Origin: Acanthaster planci
Taxonomy: Eukaryota
NCBI RefSeq assembly: GCF_001949145.1
Contig: NW_019091361.1
Span: forward strand, 4,016,148 to 4,080,147
Length of the DNA stretch: 64,000 nt
Reading direction: 5' to 3'
How positions within the stretch are numbered: position 1 is the first letter of the stretch; every line of letters begins with the position of its first letter. The notes under the pieces were generated by a model. The model did not search any database. It had not been told where the DNA came from and saw nothing but the letters and a program-made list of their open reading frames with translations. The position numbers and the translations under genes are program-made. Shown here piece by piece: positions 53,585-64,000 of this stretch.

Positions 53585-54122
53585 AGAGGTTATTCAACGA
53601 TGTCACATTGTTACGTGACTTCCCAATAACCACCATATTGGCCGTCAAGCCGTTGCATAGTAACATGCAATTTGGATCAATGCTGAGAAAAAATGACGAA
53701 TCCCATGAAAGAAATCGTGTTTTCCGACACTGCTAATGACTTGGATGGAGTTCACAGGGCACAATGTATTTCCAAGATTTGGCAGTACTGTGAGACGAAA
53801 GTCAATGGAAAGTGCGCCAAGTTAGGGAATTGTGCTAATGTTAGCCCTATAAGGCCTACCCGCTTTGAAGTGAAGACTGCAGAGACGCGTGTGAGTTTAG
53901 AGTCCAGTTTGGTGTTGAATTACAGCAATCCATTTTGATCTTTGTTTTTGATTGGCAGGAATCCGATTGCAGATCTTGTGAAGTATCTTCACGATTATGG
54001 CACCCTTTGGCACAAACCATGCTCGTAGGTGTATTTTCACACGTTACCATGCATGCACTTGACGGCCAATATGGTGGCATAGGCGAAACCACGGACTGTA
54101 TGATATCACGAGAATTTCCTCT
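53585..54122. mobile_element. Non-autonomous DNA transposon, AGAGG..CCTCT termini in an (T)AT context with long subterminal inverted repeats (ISL2EU/Harbinger-like, inferred)
   Basis: TAT|AGAGG ... CCTCT|ATA; perfect 20-bp inverted pair CCACCATATTGGCCGTCAAG (53630-53649) / CTTGACGGCCAATATGGTGG (54058-54077). Confidence 0.7.
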
Positions 54123-55750
54123 ATATCAGACCTCAAACCATGCTATTGTAATAACTACGAGTCTTAGCTGTGTACAGCGCAAGCAAAGGACACCGAAATT
54201 TACGCACAGGTTGTCTGCTGACGAGAACTCTCTTCGCACCCAATTCAAGCCAATATTGAAACACAAAAAAACCAACAAATGGCAAAGCATACTGTATCTG
54301 ACAGAAAGATTTTGTACACATGTACACGGAGGTCGCTCAATCACTGCACTTATGGATTACACAATTTATATTACGTCCTTCCAGTAATGCTAAAATATTC
54401 AAATATTATATACATAAACTGAAGGCCTGTCAACTTTTCCAATTTTTTTTTTTTGTGGAAGCGCAAACAGACGGTGACAGCACACAGATCATTTCTGGTG
54501 ATTTCCCTACTTGTCAAGTTTCTGTCATGCAATATATCCAGCTTACCACTGGAATGGGTGCCTTTTGGCAACAGATTAAATCTTAGGGAATCACTGCTTG
54601 GACTTTGAAAACTTGCAAAACACACTTCTAGGAGGCCGGCGGGGTGGCTTGGAAAAGTGGACAGGCCTTGGCGGACAGCTCAAACATTAAATGTAGGGAT
54701 GGCGGTTCACTTTTTACAGGCAGTTGTCCTTAGACAGTCGGAAGGCAGAACCGAAATCCCAACTTCCCTGGATGAGGTTGAAACTGGGCGAAAGTTTGTA
54801 AACTGTAGCTCCCTCTCTTGGCTCAAATGTGGAAGGGGGTAATACAAGAACCAGTCCATGTCACATTTTGACCACTCGTTTGGATGTCACACTGTACTGC
54901 ATGAAGGTCTGAGCCTTTGCTTTCGACACCTGCTCTTATCTCTGCTGTCTATAGAAACAATTTTTTGGGGTGGCAGAGTGTCCATCCAGTGATCATCAGA
55001 GTGATATGAATGGCTAGTCTTCATTTCCAGCTTCTCAGACACATGTCAGATCCCTGAGTGACCATCATTTCTTAAACTTTGCCTCTTGCCTGATAGAAAG
55101 ACTACAGTGTGTCATGCAGAAATTAAGCCTTAGCCATGCGCAATCCAATGAGAAATCACAGCATGTATGCCCAGGTGTGTTACACTAGACCAGTGCGTTC
55201 ATGAAGCGAACAGAATCTGACATGGAGTCTTTACTTAGAATTGAAAATTCCACCCGAGGCCCACACACAATGATCCCCAAGTAATTCCTTGACCATTCCT
55301 TAAGGTCTGTTCATAAATTCTCTCTTGCTTCACGCTGCTTGACTTCCACTAGAGACCTTGTCACATAACATGCTTCATCGGATCCTCCGAAAGCGCATGT
55401 GGAAATAGAATCCATTTCCCTGCCTTAACTTTCTATTTCAGGTGACCAAGTGCGACCCTTTTAAGTACAGTAAACTTTACACATGCCTGGACTCATGATG
55501 CAAACCGCATGCACTTTTGAGAATGCATAGGCAGAGTTACGGATATCTCGAATGTGTCTTCATAAATTGAAATGTTTAAAAATTTGCAGTAACACAAAGG
55601 CAGTGGATGTAGGTTTCTTATAACATGTGTCGCTGACAAGCCAGAAATAAAGAATTTTTAGACCCTGGGAATGTCGGTTTCATTTCTGCCCCCCCTTTTC
55701 CCCTCTACCTCTTTCCTCCCAGCTCCTCCCACCTTTCTTTTTTCTTCTTC

Positions 55751-55972
55751 TTAAACAGCCAATTTGCTGATTTCCGTAGACTGTTTCCGATGCGGTATGG
55801 TGGCCGGGGTGGGGATGGTCTTTCCAGTGGCTGTGTCCAGGGGAGATGGTGCGGCCAGGGGCATACCCAGCCGGTTCCCGGCCAGGCCGGGCGGTTTCCC
55901 GCTGCCCGGTCTCAGCTTCATCTTACCCGACTGCTTCTCCATGTTGTAATCACCCGAGTCGAAGTATTTCAC
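55751..55972 (-). CDS. ENSA: ENSA/ARPP19 coding exon 3 ([11 protein letters not shown]...[12 protein letters not shown])
   Basis: FDSGDY Greatwall site and RKxS PKA site; ACCAG acceptor; TAA at 55753-55751. Confidence 0.96.
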   Translation of the reverse strand: MKYFDSGDYNMEKQSGKMKLRPGSGKPPGLAGNRLGMPLAAPSPLDTATGKTIPTPATIPHRKQSTEISKLAV

Positions 55973-57566
55973 CTGGTACAGTGTAGGAAAACAAGACAAA
56001 AAAAAAACCCTGAAATAATTTTGCTCGTTGTGAAGTGGACAGCCTTGTAAGTCCAGCAGCTGGAATCGACTCTCTGTGATTCTAAGCCCCTGAGAGTTGA
56101 CTATGAGCAGTGCCTGGTAGTTCTAAAGAGAGGCTGACTCCTGCCTGAGTTCAAGAGTGAATGCTTCTAGGAAACCACAGAATCGGCAGTTCTCATCAAT
56201 TTCATCTGTGAAACATGTAACACAAGTTTAAAAAAGTGACTTGGCCTTGTAATGATCTCGATTTAACGATTCATTGAGCAGTTTTTCCTCTGTCGATTTT
56301 AGAGCTTTTCCCCTTGTTTGGGAAGAAGCTGAATGAAGTTGACTCTTAACAGAGTCATGGCTCCAGGACTGAATGGGAATCAAGCGGAAGAAGACGAAGA
56401 CAAATGTGCCGGAAGTCAGCACTCAGAACACAATACTTACGCCTTTGTTTAATCTCTTGCGTAGGAAGTCGGAACCACCTGGTTTCAGCTTGCCATATTT
56501 TGCGGCAAGTTTGGCTTCTTCTGTCTTTTCCGGAGAGAGCTGGGGGGAAGGAAAAATGCAGACAAAGTTCTCTCACTGCCCAGGTTAAGATTGGGCACAG
56601 ACATTAGTGATGGTGACCAAACCTGTCAACTAAGACTTGAGTCTTACAGACCAAAATTGACACCTGTGTTGCATAAAACCTAGCGAGTTGAAGTTGCCAG
56701 TCGACCTTGACATCAAAATCTTACACCAGACAGAAAGAGCTAATCTAAATAACTTGAAAACATGTGAACACCATGACTGCTGACCAAACACGCAACACTG
56801 TAGGTATTATCACAGTCCATAACTATTTAATCACCTAAAGGAAAAAAAATGCATGTAGCACTGCTCCAAAAGTAAGTGGCTTCAAATGTGCGTATGTGCG
56901 TTAGTTTTAACTCCAGCTTGTAAAGGAGCCATCAGGTTAGCAGTGCTGCCCCGATGGTGTACCATTTTTGTCAGCCTTGAGCACTCCACAACCTGTTCTT
57001 CACATGTATCAGTGCGGAGATTATAACTGGACGGAGACCAGAGAATGATTTAAAATAAAAAACAAAAAAAAAGTCCATTTTAAGATCAAAACTGTCCGGT
57101 AATTTTTGTTACATTTATTTTTGACTGCAAAAGGGAATAACAACTTTGTAAGAAGATGAAGTGCTCTACAGCCTTGATGTTTGTTCACAAGTATAAATTT
57201 GGGAGGGGGGAGTGTTAGAACACTTGCAGAAATTATGAACCATTTAGGGGAAACACTGTCAAGGAGACGTTCCCTTGACAGTGTTTTGTGTCACTGTTAA
57301 TTGAGATTTGCTGCCTGGACCCTTGTGGAGGTGCATTGGCCAGGGTCATTTGTTCTTTGTACCTGCGGCTTGACGTCCAGCGGCTTCTTGAACGATCCCT
57401 CCTGTTTGTTCTCTTTGTCCCCTAGTGATGTCGGCAGAGGGCCGGGCTTGTCCTCGCTGGCTTCGGGCTCCTGAGTAGTCCCCTCCTCGGCCACGGGTTT
57501 GGGTTCAGGCATGGGTTCTGGCTGGGTCGCCTGGGGCTCCTCTGCCTTGATGCTGTCGTCGGACAT
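55751..57566 (-). CDS. ENSA: Endosulfine family protein (alpha-endosulfine/ARPP-19, PP2A-B55 inhibitor). Spliced CDS complement(join(55751..55972,56441..56539,57363..57566)), 174 aa
   Basis: Spliced product contains [43 protein letters not shown] and [17 protein letters not shown]...SKLA, the endosulfine signature. Kozak-like ACCACCATG; both introns GT-AG, phase 0. Confidence 0.95.
56441..56539 (-). CDS. ENSA: ENSA/ARPP19 coding exon 2 ([33 protein letters not shown])
   Basis: Not in the ORF track in this frame; read directly. TTTTTCCTTCCCCCCAG acceptor, GGC|GTAAGT donor. Confidence 0.95.
57363..57566 (-). CDS. ENSA: ENSA/ARPP19 coding exon 1 (68 aa acidic, Pro-rich N-terminus; exon probably starts at 57588)
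   Basis: Minus-strand acceptor TCTCCACTGCAG upstream of 57588, ATG at 57566, donor CAG|GTACAA at 57362. Confidence 0.85.
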
Positions 57567-58061
57567 GGTGGTTGCTCTTTCAAAATGGCTGCAGTGGAGA
57601 CTAGATTCAAATGTTGCAGAATCACTAGAAAGCAATTTAACAAATGTATGTACGTAAGGAAGAAAACTTATACTGTACTAGTGGAGTTGCATGTAAGTTG
57701 GCATTGTGGTGCTTATTTTCAACTTACCCAATTCTCTTGACCCAAGGTTAATTCCAGAACTACTCAGGCCGACATACTGGTATGAATCACACTTTCAGTC
57801 CTTACCTGATTGTGTGGGGTTTCCTTGGAATATTTGTACATATATGAACTGCCCGTATTAATATTTGGATATGGTTGGCAACAGTAGAGTCCTGGAACCA
57901 TCCATAAACCTTGAGTACCACTAATTTATTTCACTCAAATTAGCTCAGAACCTGAAACAAAATCCTCATATTTTATCCCAAGAACAGTCCTGAAACTGTC
58001 TAATGCAGTGTAGGATTCAGTGGGACTTGGAGATTCCAATGATGGTGGTAATGTTTACTTA

Positions 58062-58599
58062 CACTCAGGAAGAAAGGACGTCAACCAACTTCACTGTTGA
58101 AATCTGTTCATTTTTTTGTCCCATTAGGAAACACCACTACTTTGTGCAGGTCATGCCATAAGCCAAGTTTGAGTTATCAAACTACGACCGGCAGTAACAT
58201 ACACTGATATAGAAAACGGCCGCCGGCCCATACACATGGCTTCCATATGTGACATCAAGAGTCAGATGCAGCCAAGTAAATCCAGTTGTGACTTGTTAAA
58301 GTTATTACAAGCGCAAGGCCCCGAAGAATGGACCATGAGTTAGATTACCGATGCACACTAGTACACTAGGAACACGACTTCGTACATTTTTAGCTTCTTT
58401 CCATTAACAGGTGAATATGTATAAACAGAGCAGCCAACTTATCCTCCAACTATTTCGGTAGTAAGGGACAGTGAAAATGTATCACGCACCAGCAAATGTT
58501 GGTGTTAAGAAGGTAATGCTATTTTAAAACGGGACAAAAAACGAACAGATTTGTAAAATGAATTTGGTCAACGTCCGACCATTTTTTACTGCACGAGTG
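58062..58599. mobile_element. Degenerate TIR element upstream of the first ENSA coding exon
   Basis: Diverged inverted pair of about 55 bp at 58076-58135 / 58518-58577 (AAATCTGTTC.TTTTTTGTCCC / GGGACAAAAAACGAACAGATTT); CACTC..GAGTG outer ends; TSD not clear. Confidence 0.6.
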
Positions 58600-59899
58600 T
58601 GGGGTCCAGGGAACGGAGGCGGGGAATGTAAATTTCGGAAACCCCCCTTTTTAGTTACTTTTACAAATAAAGGTTGCGTCTGGAAAAGAGTATTACTCGG
58701 GCAATGTGTCTTTGATGTCGTGAACCTATTTGGGTGACAGTTGGAAGAGGCAATTGGGCGAAAAATGTGACTTTCTTACCTGATATCTGTCAACGTAAAT
58801 GCATGGTTAACTTGACGCACAAGCACAGTCATAGCGGACTATACAGGTACAAGTTATATGAGCTTTAGCAGTTCTCTTCAACATCACATTTAATACTCTT
58901 ACTCCTCAATCTGCTTTTTCGACTAATCAGAGATCTGCTTTCTAATGAAACTTTGCAGTAACCAATTACAGACACTCTACCAAGCAGGTTTGATAAAATC
59001 ACTATGTGGTTGTGTGCCTGCACGGTCTAGCTGTTGTATATACACTATTAGCTCTACTGAGTGGAGCGTTAGCATTCTTTTTTTTTTATTTTGAACGGGA
59101 TCGGTCATACTAACGCTCCATGACATTACATACAGGGTTTGTCCTTAACTTTTTTTCTCACTTGCCAGCCGGACCAACAGTAGTGATGGCTTTTTACTAG
59201 TCCGCCAGCATTTTCACTAGTCCGCATCTTCCCCCAAATTTCAATATTCTTTTTGGCATTAGTGTTTTCTGCTCCAACATCATGTGTACTCGATGAGTAA
59301 TCATAAATGGTCATGGAAATTATGAATTTCCAGAATATTCATGAGTATAACTCTACTCAACCAAATTAAACACACAAAGTGGTTACCTGCTGAAAATGGT
59401 TTGTTTTATTCACAATCCAAGAGACAGAAAAAAAACCCATATCATTATGAACAGTTTATGGACATGTACATGCACATTTTATGCAGTATGCACATGTACC
59501 GGTACACACACATACATGTATGTACATGTACACCCGGCGAAATGTACATACCCTGTACAGTACATGTTCATTCTAGACTGTGTCCAGTACCCGTAGGGCG
59601 CATTCCACCAAATGGTTGTATTTCTGCTTGTGAGCTCATTAATATTTAGTGATCCTATGGGGTGATCATAGAAATATTTTTCTATAAATCCTGAATTCGG
59701 GACTGATAATTTCCAGTTTGGGGTATTCAGAGCTGAACGCATAGTTTTACTACTATTTTGGAGGTATCTTCGGGGAAAGGCGAATAAAAATAAATTTCGT
59801 GGCTGACCCCCATAAAATTGAAATAATAAGTGATCTTCTGGCCACAAAGTTGAATTTCCAATGAAAAAACAGAGGCCGACCTCTTCCCAAGAGTCAACA

Positions 59900-62100
59900 G
59901 GTGACGCTATTTCGGTCTGATTTTTCAATGTTTTCTGTGGGCGCGTATTTGGTGTCGTGCAACCCGTAGTGCGTGAACCAAACATGAAATCACAACCGTG
60001 ACATCGCTGAAGTCACAACTATCAATGACCAATCAGAAAAATCAGTATTGCATATTCACAGTAACGTAATGCGTACACACACATCATACACACGCGGCAC
60101 GTCAACCGCGTGGGATGTATATTCATGACTTACACGTACCACTATGATGCAACGCATGAAAGCACGTGCTTATTTACATCTTGTACGCAGAATCAACGTT
60201 AAGTCATATCATTGTCGAGACGTACCGGCCACACGCGGTAGTACAGTAAACGGCACACAGTTAAGTGCGATCCCGCCGCATGGTGTTGCGCAACAGAAGT
60301 TTCAGACGATTTACTGCCGCCGCATTCCTAGACTTCAGTATTACTTCTGCTGGGCTGGTGTCAGGGACCGAACTATTCTCGGTTGCAAAAGGTTCTATTT
60401 TATTTGGTTCAAAAACCAGCAGCAGCTAGAGGGCATGCATCACAATCAACTATTTCGCCGCTTGTTTCAGAATATTGATTTACTAGACCGCCGGACTACC
60501 CAGACGAGGGCTTTCGCTAGACCGCCATGGTTTTTACTTGAATTTGGCTAGTGGACCAGCATTTAGGTTGGACCCTGACCTATAGTAAAGTGACTACAGT
60601 TCTCCAAAATTCCCTGTAGTCAACCGTATTTGGTCGGGGCCCGTCTTTGCATGTAGGCCTACACTTGTGAACGGCATAAGCCTTATCACAAATACTGCAA
60701 AAAAGGAGCAAACATTGCCCCTTTCTCCTTCCCACAATGCCTTTCTACCATTGTGCAAAATCACCCGTGTAGTATTTACAATAAGGCTTATGGGAGTCCG
60801 ACACTGATCAGGAAATATTTGCACATTTTTCTGGAAAACGGCATGGTTTGGGCCCATTTCTTTCTTGGTGCAAAATACAAATATATGTAAGCTACCATAA
60901 ATAGAACTCTTAAGACTTGGGGGAAATGGAGCATTTCTCTGGGTGGGGCCTACACAAAATCCCTGTTCGTGCCCTGTTAAAACATCATGTAGAGCCTTAG
61001 GCCCCACAAATACATGTAGGGCTGTAGTCAGGTCAGGGACCAAACCACAATCTAGCGACGTCCCTAATTTCTGCTTATGTCGCTAGTTCAAGTGGCAATG
61101 ATGTCATTGTCATCAGGTCCAGTGATAATGATGTATTTTTCCCACGCAATTTTGGGAAAATAACAAGATTTGAAATGCCGGCACCCAAAACGGCCACCTT
61201 TGGTGTTACCGTTGGAGTCTATGGCAAAATTGTTTTCGATCACTATTTTGGAAAATCGCCACGGTAAACATAAAATCGGCAACGATGAATCGATGGAGAT
61301 TTATAATGGCAACATTTTCATGCATAAAGTAAACTTCGACAAAATTTCATTTTTGTCACGTAAACGTTTTCATAGGCAGAGTTGGACTCGCCTGCCTACC
61401 GAATTCGAAACTTCCAGTGCAAGATTTGACCGAAAAATCTCCTCGATCCGCTTTTATAGATACCAAATGAAAGGAAAATTTCATTTACGATCTTGGGTAG
61501 CATGTTTCCTTTAAAGTTGATCGATCAGAGGATTTTGTTTTGAAGCTTTTGGCTGATAAAGAGATCGATGTTATCTGCGAACCGTGATCTAAAAATAGTT
61601 CAATAATTACGTCATCGTTGCACAAACGAGCGGCATACGCATAGTCTGGCGTCGTCGCTAGTTTGTGGTTTGGTCTCTGACCTGGTAGTGGCTCTCTTTC
61701 ACAATCTGTCTCTTCTCTATCGCCACCACAGCCCTATACCATTACCAGTAGAGCCTATGGCCTAGAGGGTTCGTGGGAGCGGGGCGGACGTCGGACCCCA
61801 CATGGGGGTAGGGCTCGATTAGGATATGGAGGGACTCAACTCGTCTCAAGCTTCACGTTGACATTCATCGCCACCAGTTCCCCTGCAATGTTTTATAACC
61901 CACGGCAGTGATACTTACATTAAAAAATATCTTCCTACTGATGAGATCTTCCGACGTCTGACCAGAAATCATCAAATATGCAGGTTTAATATACTGTAAC
62001 TACAGAAATCTACCTGCGCTGCAAAAAAATATGGAAGATGGCGCCGGTATTACTAAAGGTAACGCTTGAGGGCGCCCGTCCAATGATACAGTCAGAGCTA
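59900..62100. promoter_or_regulatory. CpG-rich region upstream of ENSA; candidate promoter zone
   Basis: Visibly higher CpG density than the rest of the window; CCAATCAG near 60029; YY1-like AAGATGGCG near 62035. Part of the CpG content belongs to the 61029-61684 transposon. The TSS cannot be located from sequence. Confidence 0.4.
61029..61684. mobile_element. DNA transposon (non-autonomous) with 32-bp TIRs and 5-bp TSD GTAGT
   Basis: GTAGT|CAGGTCAGGGACCAAACCACAATCTAGCGACG ... CGTCGCTAGTTTGTGGTTTGGTCTCTGACCTG|GTAGT (2 mismatches); CpG-rich interior. Confidence 0.85.
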
Positions 62101-64000
62101 GAGCCACAGTGGTCAGATCAGTATTCACATGACTGCAGAGAGAAGCTGCCATAGGGGTGCAGACCACAAATTCAAGTGAGAATTTCTGGCCAGCTCATTA
62201 GCATTAAAAGTGTCCCCACAGTGTCTTTTGAAAAAGGAGATTGTTTGCCCCCCCCCCAATGACGAGATTGTGTAAATCGTTGCCGGGATCAACTTCCTGG
62301 GTCTTTGAGCTTTCATATGAGAGCAGATCTATTCATAGATATATTTTTTCTCAAAACATTTTATAATTAGTTCTTGCCTTGTTTTATCGGTACGTACTGA
62401 CATGGGTGTTGTTTAAATGCTTTTGTGTACGTGTGTCTTTGTACATTTTACGTATACTTTTTTGTTGAGTGTTTTATCCCAGTTTTTAATGTGTTTTTTC
62501 ATACCCAGCCTGAAATTTTAACTGTTATAATTCTGTTTTATTATAAATGACGGACTTAACTCGGGGTAATCAAGAATAAATAAATGAATGACCCCTCAAA
62601 ACAGCCTTGAGGGCCCATCACCAATTTTTTGAAAATGGATGCCCACACTTCATTGTAAATAGAGCGATTTGGAGGGCCCCGTTTGGTCCGATACTTTCAG
62701 AAATGCAAGCTCACAGTCCTTCTGGTAGATTCATCCTCCTTAAGTTCTCAACAAACCACCCACTGAGTCCACGTGCCACGAAATGGTCGGTCCGCACGAG
62801 CAATTATTGGGCCTACTTACTGGCCTTCAACTAGTATGCAATATTGTAGAGAACGGTTGCGCCAACTTCGACTTTGGAACAAAAAAAGCCATTCCTTATG
62901 TGTGCAGCACAGCATGTAGCTATATTCCACGTGTAAAAAAATGTTGGTAGTTGATATAAAACCCAGTTTAAAAGGAATATACATGTTAATATGAACGGTT
63001 TTTGGAGCAAGCTTGCTCTTTATCTGTCTTTTCGTTATGATGCCTAAATCCTAGAATAGAGTGAGAAATGCATGTATGTTTTGGAAGGAAAAAATATTAT
63101 CTTACCTGATTTGCTTGCCCTTTAGAGTTAAAAGCCAAGCACACAAACATAGTGTGGGATATAACGGTTGTGCTCACAATAATATTTTCAAGGCATCGCT
63201 GTGTCGCACTACAAGTTTTGTTCTTTCTTTTTCCGTTGATAAAAACATGTTATCAGCCAAAAGTCCATGTCATTTTAATGATAAGTGAACATCAGCTGAA
63301 CACCAGTCACAAGCAATGTACAACACATGAACATTTTGGTTGGTAATCCCGTTTCCCTCAAGAGGAAACTGAAAGTAAGATTACAGTGACCCTTCCATGG
63401 ATTCAAATTTCTAAGGGGAGGGGGACTCGGGGAACGATGGAGGAAGGTGCACGTGCCCGATGTCACTTCCCATCATAGTTACGCCACTTCTTTGTCTTAT
63501 CAAAAAGTCTGGGTAGAACGGTCACAGTTCGGTCCTTCACCTTAGGTCTTCGTTAGATGCTGTTGGGAGATACGACGCACTCGTTGCAATTCGAAAATCC
63601 AACGACGTCGATCATCCGCCCACCCGGTGCTAGACATATTTTCACGGTGATCTGTCCATGAGCTAGCTGGCAAGTATTCAGGTCAAAGGTCCTTTGAATG
63701 TTTCTGTACTATAGCATAATGAATAAAAATCATCTATTAAAAGCCTATTAAAGTTTATAATACACAGTCCAGAAAACGTCAATTTGCAACACGAGCTTTC
63801 AATTGTAGCGCCCTCTAATTTCCAGGGAGCGTATTTGGAACGACAATATAATTCTACACTCAGAGAATTTGAAGGAAGCAGAAATAGCTTGGGAGGCAGA
63901 TCAGCTTATTCAAATTCAATGAATTCTACAATCAATCGTTTTTGGAAATTACAGAATAAGTTGTTTATACGGAAGCCATGTGTCCAGGCTGTCGAATGAA

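Noticed and set aside
57795..59395. Minus-strand donor-like sites (CTTACCTG near 57801 and 58776; GTTACCTG near 59382) as ENSA 5' UTR exon ends
   Set aside because: Several equally good candidates; cannot choose without transcript data.

Overview
This is eukaryotic (animal) genomic DNA with GT-AG introns and two assembly gaps. It is most likely an invertebrate deuterostome such as a starfish; this is inferred from the endosulfine phosphosite numbering, not established. Two genes face each other tail-to-tail. (1) On the + strand, a K+-dependent Na+/Ca2+ exchanger (NCKX/SLC24) with 7 coding exons spans 1847-39352; the phase-consistent splice model gives 682 aa. (2) On the - strand, an endosulfine (ENSA/ARPP19) with 3 coding exons spans 57566-55751 and gives 174 aa. 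Nearly all other ORF-track entries are spurious reads of non-coding DNA. The non-coding DNA holds many short non-autonomous DNA transposons with readable TIRs and TSDs (TA, CTG, TTAA, AT, 5-bp and 6-bp), long fold-backs and tandem duplications. The most striking unexplained signal is saturation of the introns with TA-flanked words (TACATGTA, TACCGGTA, TACAGTA, TACAATGTA etc.), often chained. These words have the form of Tc1/mariner excision footprints. One inverted-repeat pair in the window directly shows a clean 6-bp CATGTA indel at a TA. No prokaryotic systems, CRISPR arrays, rRNA or intact tRNA genes were seen.
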